Source of the DNA: Verrucomicrobiota bacterium
GTDB taxonomy: Bacteria; Verrucomicrobiota; Verrucomicrobiia; Limisphaerales; SXQI01
Direction of reading: 5' to 3'
Assembly: GCA_033762115.1 (NCBI GenBank)
Contig: JANRLX010000071.1
Location: 1-64,000, forward strand
DNA: 64,000 bases
Numbering within the stretch: the first letter of the stretch is position 1; each line of letters opens with the position of its first letter. The position numbers and the translations under genes were made by a program. Under the pieces are notes generated by a model that was given only the letters and a program-made list of their open reading frames with translations, did not search any database and was not told the DNA's origin. Positions 33,101 to 39,423 of this stretch are shown piece by piece.

Positions 33101-35911
33101 CAGGACAGCGACATTATCGCCGTTGTTATTTGCAACCACGAGGTCAACAAACCCGTCGTTGTTCAGGTCCGCCGCCGCGAAGGAACGAGGTCCGTCACCC
33201 ACAGAGAAGTTCGTGAGACCCCCGAAGGTTCCATCGCCGTTGCCCAGGCGCACATTCAAGTTATCGCTGTGTTCGCTGACTGTCAGTAAATCAAGAACGT
33301 TGTTTTCATCCACATCAGTGAGCGTGATGGAATGCGGGCCGTTGCCGCTTGGATAGTTCACCGCCGGATCGAATGTTCCGTTTCCGTTGCCAAGTAACAC
33401 GGTAGCGCTGTCATTGCCGTAATTTGCAATCACCAGGTCAGCCAGAAGGTCTCCGTTCAGGTCGCCAACCGCAATGGACCGGGGATTTGATGCAGTGGAA
33501 AAGTTAGTGGGCGCCCCGAAGGTTCCAGTCCCGGTCCCGAGCAGGATGGAGATATTTCCCCCACTCCAATTTGCGACCGCAAGATCGAGGTGAGAGTCAT
33601 TGTTGAAGGTTCCCACAGCAAGAGCAATGGGGTTTGCGCCGGCTGGAAATGATCCCGCAACGTTGAAGGTGCCGTTTCCGTTTCCAGTATAAACCACCAC
33701 GTTATTGGAATAAAAATTGGCGACCGCCAAATCCTTATGAGCGTCCGCATTAAAATTCCCCTGGACCACAAAATACGGGTTGTTTCCGGAATAAAGATTG
33801 GTGATTGAAGTAAACGTGCCGTCAGCCAGTACAACCAGATTCGTGCTTAAACTGGTTGCGATTTGAAGCTGGTTATTGCTTCGATTTTCCGTGATAAATC
33901 CATCAACACCGCTGACATTGAAATTTCGAACAAAATTGGCAGCCAGGTGGTTGTTGGCTCGGTCATTGAGGCCAGTCGTCAAAGTCAACCTATAAGCCCC
34001 TTGCTGGAGTGGCCCATCGGTCACGCGCAACGTGATGGTGTATCCTCCAGAATAAGTCAGGGGCAGAAGAGTATAGATTTGGTCGTCTGCCGCGGAAACG
34101 AGATCCGTTCCCAATGAGCGTAATTCGTAATGGCTGAGATTGGTCACGCTGTTGACTGCGAGTTCTTCACTGAAGGTGACTGTGAAATCATTGATGATGG
34201 CGTTTGTTGAGCCTGCCTGATTTGGCAGACTGGTTGAGGAAACCACCGGGGCGACGCCGTCAGTAATGGTTGAATTGAGAATATACTGGGCGAGCAAATC
34301 GCCATTATTCGATGTCAACGCGAGGTAATGAACCCCGTTGATCGTGGCGGTGAAATTCAAAGTTCCATTGGTGTTGGACGCAAGCGGTTCGGTGCCCCCC
34401 TCCACAAATATCGAAAGGACGACGTTCGTGTTGTTTAATGTGCTGTTTGCCGGAAAGGTCAGAGAAGCGTTCAGGGCGTTGCCAGTGTTTAATGTTCCCA
34501 ACCGGAAATAATCGGTGGTTTCGCCATGGAGCCGTCCAGCGATTTTCCCCTGGTAAACGCCGGTCCCAATGCTCAACTCCAGATCGTTTGCAGCGCCTGG
34601 AGTATTGTTGTTTTCGTGATCGGATTGCACCCCGCGGGCGACGGTTACCAGCATTCGGTAAGGAGAAACGCGGTTACCGCTAAAGGTCCTGATATAGTAA
34701 CTGCCCGGCGTTCCGATGGTATAGTTCTGAATCCACGCCACACCTTCATAACTTCCTCCCACTCCCGCGAGTTGGCCGCCAGCTGAATTATGAATATACA
34801 ACTGAGGATATACCCCGACAAAATGCGATTCCACACGGACACTCACCACGTCTCCGGCTTCCGCTTCAAAACGCCAGAAATCCGGGTCATTCAGCGGAGA
34901 ATGGGTTCCGATGCCCAAAACGGTATAGAACTGACTGCCTACCGGGCTTTGTGTCAGTGTTAACGGGGTTGCCTCCGGAATTTCATTGTTACTCGCATCT
35001 TCAAGGGCGGTCAATGCGGGAATTGCAATCGTAAATGTACGTGTATAAGGCGACAGAGCCACGGCGCCTGTGGTCACGAGGCCTGTGGCCTGAAACTGGT
35101 AAACCCCTGGCTGGAGCGGGCTGGAAGTTAAAGCCAGAGTTATGGCCTTGTCGTTCACACGAATGACCTGCAATGGAATGATCACATCATCCCCATCATT
35201 GGGCGTTCCATTGCCACCCGCTTCACGCAACGTATAGAGCGCAAGGTTGGTGCTTAAAATCGCGTCAACCGGAACAGTCGAAGCGATCGTGAATTGATCA
35301 ATTGCCTGGGCAACGCTGCTGTTGTGAGGGGGCAGCGTGGTTGCATGAATTTGTGGTGTGGTTAATGTGGAAGCCTGCTGCACTCGAAAATTATCGATCC
35401 CCCATGATTCATTTCCAACGCCTTCAAGGTTTTGGCCTGCAAATGAAATGGTGGCCACGCTGTTGGTGGCCTCAAATGTAAATGTCACAGCCCGATAGAT
35501 CGAATCAGGCCAGCCAGGAACACTGATCATGTCCTCCGGGCCTTGCGACCTGGGAAATGGAAAAGTCTGGGCCTGGCCGAAATTCGATAATGTTCCGCGA
35601 ACAACTTCGGTCCCATCCAACCGAACAATAAACGTGTCCGATCCGCCATCCCAGGAATCAATCACGTATAAATCGAAAAGAACGGTGTAGGAGGTTCCCA
35701 CCACGAGATTATCGAACACAATTTCACGTGAATCATTGCTATATGGCCCGTTGAACCGGGTTAATGGAGAATCCGGCGATCCACCCGGCACGCCTGATGT
35801 CCATTCGGGGGGAACACCCCCCTCAAAATCGGTGAAATAGGGAACAGTCGCGCTTTGGGCAAACGGACTGACGAAAACAGCGATGAGCAGGGACAGGCAG
35901 AGGTTCTTCAT
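15176..35911 (-). CDS. Giant (~6,900 aa) secreted/surface adhesin-like protein: Ig-like and PPC-like scaffold, three FG-GAP/VCBS blocks, LamG, CARDB, InlB-B-like, FN3, Calx-beta-like, Cys-rich segment, cadherin-like and cohesin-like domains
   Basis: Uninterrupted 20.7-kb ORF; signal peptide MKNLCLSLLIAVFVSPFAQS; DxNxDGxxDL repeats; WTVEAWVRP/WHHVA (LamG); PDLxV...D..N...E..E.NN (CARDB); GASINPTNGVFTWRP. Confidence 0.92.
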   Translation of the reverse strand: MKNLCLSLLIAVFVSPFAQSATVPYFTDFEGGVPPEWTSGVPGGSPDSPLTRFNGPYSNDSREIVFDNLVVGTSYTVLFDLYVIDSWDGGSDTFIVRLDGTEVVRGTLSNFGQAQTFPFPRSQGPEDMISVPGWPDSIYRAVTFTFEATNSVATISFAGQNLEGVGNESWGIDNFRVQQASTLTTPQIHATTLPPHNSSVAQAIDQFTIASTVPVDAILSTNLALYTLREAGGNGTPNDGDDVIIPLQVIRVNDKAITLALTSSPLQPGVYQFQATGLVTTGAVALSPYTRTFTIAIPALTALEDASNNEIPEATPLTLTQSPVGSQFYTVLGIGTHSPLNDPDFWRFEAEAGDVVSVRVESHFVGVYPQLYIHNSAGGQLAGVGGSYEGVAWIQNYTIGTPGSYYIRTFSGNRVSPYRMLVTVARGVQSDHENNNTPGAANDLELSIGTGVYQGKIAGRLHGETTDYFRLGTLNTGNALNASLTFPANSTLNNTNVVLSIFVEGGTEPLASNTNGTLNFTATINGVHYLALTSNNGDLLAQYILNSTITDGVAPVVSSTSLPNQAGSTNAIINDFTVTFSEELAVNSVTNLSHYELRSLGTDLVSAADDQIYTLLPLTYSGGYTITLRVTDGPLQQGAYRLTLTTGLNDRANNHLAANFVRNFNVSGVDGFITENRSNNQLQIATSLSTNLVVLADGTFTSITNLYSGNNPYFVVQGNFNADAHKDLAVANFYSNNVVVYTGNGNGTFNVAGSFPAGANPIALAVGTFNNDSHLDLAVANWSGGNISILLGTGTGTFGAPTNFSTASNPRSIAVGDLNGDLLADLVIANYGNDSATVLLGNGNGTFDPAVNYPSGNGPHSITLTDVDENNVLDLLTVSEHSDNLNVRLGNGDGTFGGLTNFSVGDGPRSFAAADLNNDGFVDLVVANNNGDNVAVLRGAGNGTFTNYQTFPLGNFDSYHVQLADFNGDTRLDAALANYGGSELIILHGTADGSFQSSQRYSAPGAPIAIAVADYNTDGILDLATAGYDQHHVKIWLGNKQKFLTPDAANFRTVFGRGALTSSADLDIYSFTGEAGDRVMLASEVPGNPVNSGLRYDLLRADGTSIVGFHSDYRGFGQIVPFILPQTGTYYVQVSHWYDWFAEYRFRVSLVNPDAQIETENNNAHGNANVPSLVLDAGALKATVAGYIGSLDGQDTFGLGYLSGTATLNLEINIPATSDLSPILEILDQQGAVIASAAAGITNLSHSFPGGQSGYIYARVRADSGAGLAGHYSMSITLTDTSAPLITGISLPSGTTNTYVSPYFTIGFSEDMLRTTVTNGSFYELRSAGPNNTFGNSDDVFYTIRSEGYSSGLSATFNIVDGPLRPGKYRFTIPGDLLNRSGIRYSTLVQQEFTVAAVEGYVLENRSNNDFSLATSLSLSAGATPDGSFLPGSQTIPSGGQPWHILATSLNNDLFVDLVIANWPNNSLSVLMGQAGGTFHPPTNYTVGVNPIAASLVDVNDDNLLDAVVANYSTHNVSVLLGTGNGTFGTATNFAVDNNPRMVVTDDFNGDDIPDIVTANYGPNTVSILFGNGDGTFRSKTNYTVGNNPYYVQAGNLNSDSAPDLVVANQSATTISVLMNNGNGTFATQVTYTVGSNPRALRLADFNGDSELDVVTVNAAGNYSVLLGNGDGTFQTATTIAIGLSDPHQLVVSDINADNKLDVIIPNYGQGTIITLLGKGDGTFIQSGAYDINPTAGSVDIADVNRDGRKDIIAGHYNSSTLRIFYGSDSEFLTEDPASSLVRTGTARGHLTTTADVDFWSFSAKAGDRLVIAAENPEYPSNSGLFYSLYGPDFRHHFTYNPNSFGYGQSGPFVVPFDGTYYVRVSQWYDYLGEYRFRVTLAGGGKQIETEANNSHGTANSLNYSLEAGHQKATVVGYIGYGDPGDHFQLGNLSVGTAIRLGQTNPVSSGLSAVIQVLNSTGEVLAESSPSGPQLEYIVPEGGEGAYFARVYSVGPSRAGDPGPYLSFDGGNGYVDTGAWAPGKQWTVEAWVRPSAYPGGRRGIAGSFASCQDWGLALNSGRFAVSFRPLGGACSETLTAPELPALDTWHHVAASSDGTNIWLYVNGELKATAAVAADFNPTAAGTRFGGEVCCGNYFPGLLDNIRVWNKALSGADILANLNTTLTGTEPGLIGLWNFEEGTGTTVADATAQNRAGTLANNVNWVAAGPVGSTGPGLMAQYILSIDLGDTAPPSIASVSLPAEDSTVTFVHPSFTIGFSEDMAPATVMNTNNIELRSAGADETFNTPDDQLYSITASAYVTGLSASYLISNGPLQEGFYKFTISTAFTDRSGSPLPAPYIREFQVSELAGFILENRTNNSPLLSTSLSTNIITQPNGSFDVSNPLNTDSNPYGIAIGNFNGDQHNDFVVSALGQNRVMVFLGLGGGAFTNYTNIVVGNSPRSTLVADLNKDNLLDIAVGNYLASSISVLLGNGDGTFQPPVIYPVGGNPRSIITADLNGDTRLDLLSANENSDNISVLLNNGTSFAAAVNFSAGDGAFALAAGRFDADQHLDVAVANANAGNLILYLGAGDGSLQVHSTNVIGSTLRGLVSADFDGDTFADLATLSAGNNTYTVLLGNGDATFTQSASVAAGTADPYQMISGDLNLDGRIDLLIPAFGNDRVVTLLGNGDGTFEPFYQWVHPNGPLASAIGDLNGDGRPDIATANYYSSTVRILFGTASHLLGVTSLGNGIRQSQGRGQLTSGDVDWWQFSARAGDRLELAAETPGNVNNSQLLYEIYYTSTSLDNSYPRLLYFYTQNNGQGQTTDAGNNGILIPNTGTYYVRITQSDAYTGEYRFRLTIAEPPTRFEAEANNTRAAANTARFTNIENKLRASILGYFHAGDTTADFSTLGNLSPGTRVQAFWTKPSTSDLSAGLELQTANGTVVASATGSTTNIDYTIPGGGEGIYYIRIYNDNSPFGIASQYRLQIDLSDAQAPLISGISLPENDATTAVIDRFTISFSEEMGLSAADPDNYELIAVGPDNELYTEDDQSYTLQISYGSGLDASVRVLDGPLQAGNYRFRALTGIADRFGNNLAEAFDQEFVVEPLPHFTIESRSNNSAALATPLTLIEDPSLLHTAFARGNLSANTDVDYFSFSATNGQKLLVAVQNPGFPGGSSLRYTILNPSQQAILDFYGDHYGWQQSAVATLAQDGLYTLLVRSSQNYQGEYQVRVSLASGSLEMEAEDNPGLASANNVTLVENGNGRRASVVGNIRFNGDLDYYRLGTLTNGSTVFLGTRLPSSSGLEPTVSIYDASNGYMVEAGSGRPFDGVAEVRISNTGVYYAVVRGADNTTGITSQYVLDIQVVPTGSVAFPNLQVTSLTTPTGSSIQSGQSVQVRFTISNVGSEPTTAGAWSDRAVISQNNVLGDADDIQLGIFQRNGNLPTGGSYEINQPLLLPHGISGVYYLIVQADLANSVNEFVLEGDNVTVSFATFSVARAPYPDLRVEDLAVTGPSANQFTINWNTANRGSAPVTNAFKERLIVRNVTAGSTLLNVERNMAAGLAVNGTSPQSAIVTATTPGLYEVSVTTDSLDNVYEFNEVSHASAEQNLFETTFRILAKYNVVLSSNPGSGGSVSGAGQFTEGTTVNVTATPNTAQLPYQFLNWTENGIFQSANPSYSFELSRDRQLVANFTLPTYTVTANSNPAGGGSVTGAGSHAHGATAHLTAVPAFGYRFKNWTLNGSIIGVDASLSFVVLSNRTVVANYDPAHLTHNVVTETEPEGLAVVTGSGTFNNGQSVLVSAPAKITNNLTIFSFHRFLLNGSLYQTTNSFTELFATTDPTNMLLTAEYTSRSRYPLIIVASANIQNPIPRTTNLLLALQFNRSMDTNVVPALRLTNSAAGSIQPVIIPGGTWSSTAVSNDTFHATAIVIGAGMDGTNKLHVSLAQDTEGAVMQPVNPLDLLVDATSPLITGIVVERSSGSAIVTWTTDEPATSQVEYGLNSGFGRNTPVNVSLTRNHRVVVSGLIPETLYHFRVHSRDQAGNSRASASATFTTLPAPDLVVSGIRVEPALIQSGSTLLVTWTNANTGVGPTSGSWYDQIIISNRTTGQLLDTEFVRFDAQARGDLLVNGVATLSHAIELAQGPAGAGEIEVRIVADFYNNLVEDNEQNTAESNNRATLVVNSTLRLYPDLRAQNLAIAPSSLNSGVELTASWETYNSGDAPASGLLRDRIVIRNATTGEILLNNVLVYDTSAQGNAALQSGQSIARQAKVFLPEGNRGVGQIQVEVVTDFGNGIFEFDPDTAAENNNTTVVAANSILSPYPDLAVTSITAPLNGRAGQTIEITWTIHNRGNGVATGSWSEQVFLSEDNTAGGDTLLATFNYNGPLPTNGTIVRTETVTLPRFGTGNRWVIIRVDAGNTLFEHDEANNFSIDDRAINLPSNLFITFSRSSISEGAGINAVLGTITRNSGTAAALEITLASSDTGSLTVPPTITIPANNSAQTFPVHTVDDDLLDGNKTVSITASAAGVEPVSESLNVIDDDAAILVIEVNGDNVRENTGTVPASVRRNTSTGSVLVVNLISSEPSRVTVPSTVNISAGQDRANFAVTLLDNPAPNRPLRVTISANASGYQNTPDTFTLLDDDIPALSLELADSIVSEGASNPATEATVTRSPVSNRALTILLHSENELAAKVPFSVVIPPNVASVTFPVTVIDDELVDPSEEVQIHAYAADELFSTRIEENHAHGILTVTDDDGPTLKITVDNDVVSERGATVGRVSRNTATTSALIVNLSSEDQTEITVPNTVTIPVGQRTAPFAITGVSDGAADGVQRAAVTASATGFTSGNAAVNVTDFDLPDIRVTEITVPNNAASGAAVEISWTVANDGLSIANGPWVDKVYVSTSPDGSVLQPIGQYFRTASLDVGQSYVRTVTATLPFNPGNYYLVVHTDANGALSEGSKRNNTLISSQVIDVRPAYRATVSTDVQGVPMQTPVTLRGRAFRSGTDEAMPFALVSVRLNIKGTRRVIEVRTDAAGNFETIFQPLPGEAGVVRIGADHPGVTEDPVQDQFNIYGMRFTESEISYRMFPVSELAGTVELRNIGDVPLTGVSAIVEGLPSNVLMAFQLPTTLESLAVLSVPFTINTGEFTNEVRIRARIKITSAQSAVTYLPLNLTVAPHSAHLVATPGFLESGMTRGRQKLMEFEVVNTGGAGSGPLEVRTPNVPWMSLVSESSYQNLAPGASIRVVLALNPPADMPLTRYDGSIVVDPTVGNSIDVAFRFRALSESRGDLRVEVTDDYTFHVAGAPRVEGASVTLTDGLTGQTVASGLSDTNGIVFFTNILENTYQLTVNATKHNTYRAPVTIIPGITNEVTTFIDRQTVSYRWTVVPTQIDDHYKVVLEPVFEAEVPIPVVTIDNPLLMPLIVQGLDTQMEITVRNHGLIAAERVSVVVPNHPDFEVIPLVEVIDVLPARSSLKIPILIRAKPTAQFVSLEQMRSGARLTRQGGTTFTGCQVYPKLQVKWSFVCGPDRRWHVNDLSIVAVCVEESCWDKIKDLLEDKATGNPKDLLEWKDQLCEIAGVLASCVDECLATIVKMACGVATRDVAGAVGAAAGFGQCWCPNLPSLPVSAPGYTPPPIGIGGGGSYAGGSPNYPIGAPIYWDYSPNCNPGDEISGGSSLSQQAETRADGVCARVRLRIEQEAVITRAAFLGTLELENGNLDSPLTGIQLTLDIRDENQNSVNGRFAVRGPVLDGISATDGTGVLAAGADGSAQFTFIPNREAAPDGPTIYRIGGTLRYTEGTNVVEVPLIADTITVYPDPILNLIYFQQRDVYSDDPFTDEIEPAEPFALGLLVKNTGKGAAINFRITSAQPEIIENKKGLLIDFKIIGTQVGGDPVTPTLTANLGRIEPASTKAAIWQMVSTLQGKFIEYNATFEHIDGLGDPRLSLIDSVEVHELIHAVLADRATDDNQPDFLVNDDPDPDNAPDTLWLSDGSVAVVNPATAASTDGNVSRTDLQVQLTATMSSGWNYLKIADPGAGYRLYRVLRSDGKEIKVTQNAWTTDRSFPSSQTGARRENLFHMLDFNGTGNYTLFYRVNDSNAPEITDIVDIDPVVQSAAISTVDVRFSEAIDLETFTHEDIHLSLNGGENLITDLARVSRIDDLTYRITGLSTLTAGEGNYELTVQGAGIADFGGNAAIGFASVRWSKAGLAPVIATVEQIVPQLRNLPVPSLDVVFSKAINPATFDYTDLSLTLNGGPNLINSTVVITPLTASSYRITGLGSLTADTGEYTLTIYATNVADGLGNLGIGQLSSHWIQDIAGPVVSSLEQVNTNPRNIVVPGLEVTFSEEIDPSTFDLADITLTRDGGPNLINNQVTITRLTSRIFRISEFSWVSGTAGRYTLTVNGSAVRDPAGNAGSGSASASWVMDISKPAAPTLLAITPDLGRSSTDGITSSNRFILSGSLGETNLTVRLMDITGNEELGTAIVTNRSFTKALELPQGPHRLRAVAIDDAANLSDPVFLELFVDLVAPGVTIPEVTPDPRDGSITSLDIIFSEEINAATFTRADLTLTLGDSTVNLIDAGVQITFVATNRFRIEGLEDLTDVPGLYRFTVNMSGIEDVAGNKGLEPVSETWRRIGPNTPPVINQITTRIISAETLLVITNRATDNDIPANTLSFSLNPGAPSGASINPTNGVFTWRPTRLQAPSTNQITVRVTDNGIPALSATMQFTVVVTDYAELHLGNDILEAGTRGSVPVSFFASTAVTNFTFLLNVPAGYLTNITVDALTPAIGRAQIQKITDASYRITIGTIPGQSIAAREEVAEISFDTITNKSSAFLRLVPTELTVTKLDNTTIERLFTSNGRVVFIGPEPLLEALITSGERRLILYGKRNRNYRLDSSSLAVPWAAFRTVTLQNLFMEVDGVSNNPFIFYRALLLP

Positions 35912-36211
35912 GGCTCGGTTAAACGACAATTCTTTCAGACGGAACAGTAAAGCGCATCTTACAACAAAGGCTCCAATATTTTGCAAGGGATTTCAGTGTC
36001 AGAACTCCAACTTTTTACATGACACCGCTTTCTTGAACATTTTTGCGAGAAGCAAGGACTGTTCCGTGTCAAAATTGGCAAAGCTGGAGAAGCAATTCTG
36101 TCAGTAAAATCCATTCGCCACCTGAAAGAAACCTCAGGGTTGTTCAGGAACTAACCACCTGAAGTTATCTACTGGATTGCCAACTGACCTTTTCACTATC
36201 AGGATTGCGAA

Positions 36212-37519
36212 ATGGAGTCGAAGGAGAAACTCGTTCATCCTACTTTTGCAGAGGCGTTTCGTTTTTGGGTCAAGCTCGGTTTTATCAGCTTTGGCGGCCC
36301 CTCAGGGCAAATTGCGATCATGCACACTGAACTGGTGGAGAAGCGCCGCTGGATCGCTGAAGATCGATTTTTAAATGCGCTGAATTTTTGCATGCTGCTG
36401 CCTGGCCCGGAAGCCCAGCAACTGGCCACTTACATTGGTTGGCTGCTTCATCGGACCTGGGGAGGAATCGTCGCGGGGGCTTTTTTCGTCCTGCCATCAA
36501 TGTTCATTTTGTGGGCACTGAGTCTTGTTTACGTCCGCTTCGGAACTGTTTCATGGATCGCTTCAATTTTTTACATCCTCAAGGCGGCGGTCCTCGCGAT
36601 TGTGCTTTCCGCGGTGCTCCGCATTGGAAAGAAAGCGCTTCGAAACCATGTGATGTGGGGAATCGCCGCGCTGGCGTTTGTTGCGATTTTTTTTCTAAAA
36701 CTGCCATTTCCCTTAATCATCGCAGGAGCGGCGTTGATCGGGTATTGGGGCGGAAAGCTTGCCCCGCACTATTTCAATATTCAACAGGGACATTCCTCCA
36801 AATCCCCACCCACTGTATTGGAGGAAGGAAAACCGCATCCTTCTCCCGGCTGGAAAAGGGCCTTCAAAATTATTTCAGTTTGCCTGCTGCTTTGGTGGCT
36901 GCCGCTTTTGTTTATTTTTTTCTGGCTTGGCCCTGCACATACCATTTTTCAGGAAGGGCTTTTTTTCAGCAAAGCCGCCATGGTCACTTTCGGTGGCGCT
37001 TACGCGGTGCTCCCTTACGTCTCTCAACAGGCAGTGGAAAATTTTGGCTGGCTGAGCGCTACTCAAATGATGGATGGCCTGGGTCTGGCGGAAACCACTC
37101 CGGGGCCATTGATTATGGTCCTTCAATTCGTGGGTTTTGTGGGAGCTTATCAGCATCCGATGGGGCTTCCGCCGCTCGTTGCCGCGACGTTGGGGGCGTT
37201 CATCACCACATGGACCACGTTTCTCCCCTGTTTTTTATGGATCTTTGTCGGCGCTCCACATATCGAGCAATTGCAACGGAAACCAAAAATCAACAATGCC
37301 CTCTCCGCGGTGACTGCTTCCGTGGTTGGAGTGATCCTCAACCTTGCGGTTTGGTTTGGGCTGCACCTGTTGTTTCCTGAGAGGAAACTGGACTGGTTTG
37401 CCCTTTTGGTCGCTGTCGTGGTCTTTGCCGGGATGACAAGATGGCGGTGGAATATCATGGCTGTGGTTGCAGGTTCGGGCCTCCTCGGTCTGATTCATTA
37501 TTTTCTGAAAGCCTCATAG
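36212..37519 (+). CDS. chrA: Long-chain chromate efflux transporter
   Basis: SFGGPSGQI, LLPGPEAQQLA, TFGGAYAVL, ETTPGP. Confidence 0.93.
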   Translation: MESKEKLVHPTFAEAFRFWVKLGFISFGGPSGQIAIMHTELVEKRRWIAEDRFLNALNFCMLLPGPEAQQLATYIGWLLHRTWGGIVAGAFFVLPSMFILWALSLVYVRFGTVSWIASIFYILKAAVLAIVLSAVLRIGKKALRNHVMWGIAALAFVAIFFLKLPFPLIIAGAALIGYWGGKLAPHYFNIQQGHSSKSPPTVLEEGKPHPSPGWKRAFKIISVCLLLWWLPLLFIFFWLGPAHTIFQEGLFFSKAAMVTFGGAYAVLPYVSQQAVENFGWLSATQMMDGLGLAETTPGPLIMVLQFVGFVGAYQHPMGLPPLVAATLGAFITTWTTFLPCFLWIFVGAPHIEQLQRKPKINNALSAVTASVVGVILNLAVWFGLHLLFPERKLDWFALLVAVVVFAGMTRWRWNIMAVVAGSGLLGLIHYFLKAS

Positions 37520-37705
37520 GCCAAGCCTGTTTTCAAAAATTTTTGAACAGGATAACTCCAAATGGTCTAAAGGGAAAACCGGCTCGCAGCCACTTGACAG
37601 ACCATGTAAAAGATTGGCAATTCATATTTGATACGTATGGGTATTAATTTATCCTGATTGGCCGTCCTGGTGAACAGATGGCATTTGGCCGATTAATTTA
37701 CAGGC

Positions 37706-38668
37706 ATGATTAACGTTGAAAATTTAACAAAAGTCTTTGGACCAAAAGTCGCCGTCCAGGGAATCTCCTTTGCTGTCAAAAAAGGGGAAGTCCTGGGTTT
37801 CCTCGGGCCCAATGGCGCCGGAAAAAGTACCAGCATGCGGATGATTACAGGGTTCATTCCGCCCACCAGCGGCAAGGTGACCGTTGGGGGATATGATATG
37901 GTTGAGAATCCGCTGCCCGCCAAACGTTTGATGGGTTACCTCCCGGAGAATGCACCTTCTTACAATGATATGACAGTGCTTGGGTTCCTGAACTTTTGCG
38001 CTGAAATCCGCGGATTACATGGAGGTGACAAGAAGAAGGCGGTCAATCGCGCTGTTGAGATGTGTTTCCTTGAAAATGTCATCCATCAAAGCATTGACAC
38101 TCTTTCAAAAGGTTACCGACATCGGACCTGCTTCGCTCAATCCATCATCCATGATCCTGAAGTTTTGATCCTCGATGAACCCACTGATGGGTTGGACCCC
38201 AATCAAAAGCATGAAGTCAGGACATTGATCAGGCGGATGGGTGAAACCAAGGCAATCATCTTCTCGACTCATATTTTGGAAGAGGTGGAAGCGGTCTGTT
38301 CTCGTGCCATTATCATTGATCGTGGCCAGATCGTCGCCAATGGAACTCCTGCCGAATTGAAGCAGCGGTCTGATATTGCCGGGGCGGTTCTCCTGCGAGT
38401 GCTGGGACGTTCCGCAGCGGAACTGCGGCAAAAGCTCCAGGACCTTTCAACCGCCCGCAAAAGCTCGGTTGTCCGGGAGGAAAACGGCGCGGTTTCCCTG
38501 CGGGTTTTTCCCAAAAACGGAATGAACGGCGAACTGGCTCGAAGTGTTGCCGATCTGGTGCAACGTGAACAATGGCGAGTCGAGGAACTCCACACGGAAG
38601 AAGGACGCCTGGATGAAGTCTTCCGCACCATCACCTTGCCTGAAACCTCCCAACCAAGCCGACCATGA
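37706..38668 (+). CDS. ABC transporter ATP-binding protein (GldA-like)
   Basis: GPNGAGKST, LSKGYR, ILDEPTDGLDPNQ, STH. Confidence 0.92.
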   Translation: MINVENLTKVFGPKVAVQGISFAVKKGEVLGFLGPNGAGKSTSMRMITGFIPPTSGKVTVGGYDMVENPLPAKRLMGYLPENAPSYNDMTVLGFLNFCAEIRGLHGGDKKKAVNRAVEMCFLENVIHQSIDTLSKGYRHRTCFAQSIIHDPEVLILDEPTDGLDPNQKHEVRTLIRRMGETKAIIFSTHILEEVEAVCSRAIIIDRGQIVANGTPAELKQRSDIAGAVLLRVLGRSAAELRQKLQDLSTARKSSVVREENGAVSLRVFPKNGMNGELARSVADLVQREQWRVEELHTEEGRLDEVFRTITLPETSQPSRP

Positions 38669-39411
38669 ACGCTGCAAGCCATATTAAAACCATTGCAAAA
38701 CGGGAGTTGTCCGCCTATTTCAACTCGCCGGTCGCCTACGTTTTTATTGTTATTTTTTTGCTCCTGGCAGGATTTTTTACTTTCATGGCCGGGGGGTTCT
38801 TTGAACGTGGGGAGGCTTCCCTCATTTCATTTTTTCTCTGGCATCCCTGGCTTTACCTGTTTTTAGTCCCCGCAGTGGGAATGCGCCTGTGGTCCGAGGA
38901 ACGCCGCCTTGGTACCATGGAACTGCTGCTCACCATGCCGATCACTTCGTGGCAGGCGATTGTCGGCAAATTTCTGGCCTCGTGGGGATTCCTCGCTCTT
39001 GCCCTGCTGCTAACCTTTCCGGTCTGGATCACGGTGAATTACCTGGGTAATCCTGACAATGGCGTGATTATCGGAGGTTACCTGGGAAGTTTTTTGCTGG
39101 CGGGAGCGTACCTGGCAATTAGTTCAATGACTTCGGCTGTGACCCGCAACCAGGTGGTTAGTTTTATTTTGTCGGTTGTCATTTGCCTTTTCCTCATTTT
39201 GGCCGGATGGCCCCCGGTCACGCGGCTTCTGGATCAGGTTTCCGAAAGTCCCCGCCTGGTTGAGGCTGTCGCCGCGTTCAGCGTGATGACCCATTTCGAA
39301 GGATTCCAGAAAGGGGCGCTTGAATCACGGGATTTTGTTTTTTTCGTGGCGGTGATCGTCTTCTCACTGTTCACCACAAGCGTGATTATCCGCAGCCACA
39401 GGGCTGGCTAA
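38665..39411 (+). CDS. ABC-2 permease (GldF-like)
   Basis: RELSAYFNSPVAY, MRLWSEERRLGTMELLLT, GKFLA. Confidence 0.9.
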   Translation: MNAASHIKTIAKRELSAYFNSPVAYVFIVIFLLLAGFFTFMAGGFFERGEASLISFFLWHPWLYLFLVPAVGMRLWSEERRLGTMELLLTMPITSWQAIVGKFLASWGFLALALLLTFPVWITVNYLGNPDNGVIIGGYLGSFLLAGAYLAISSMTSAVTRNQVVSFILSVVICLFLILAGWPPVTRLLDQVSESPRLVEAVAAFSVMTHFEGFQKGALESRDFVFFVAVIVFSLFTTSVIIRSHRAG

Positions 39412-39423
39412 TTTGTTCATTCC

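Noticed and set aside
27763..33825. Repetitive DNA in the giant gene as a CRISPR array or DGR target
   Set aside because: Repeats are protein-level FG-GAP units with divergent codons; no identical repeats with spacers, no cas or reverse transcriptase gene
15176..35911. Giant ORF as an RHS/YD or RTX toxin
   Set aside because: No YD repeats, RHS core, GGxGxD nonapeptides or downstream immunity gene seen
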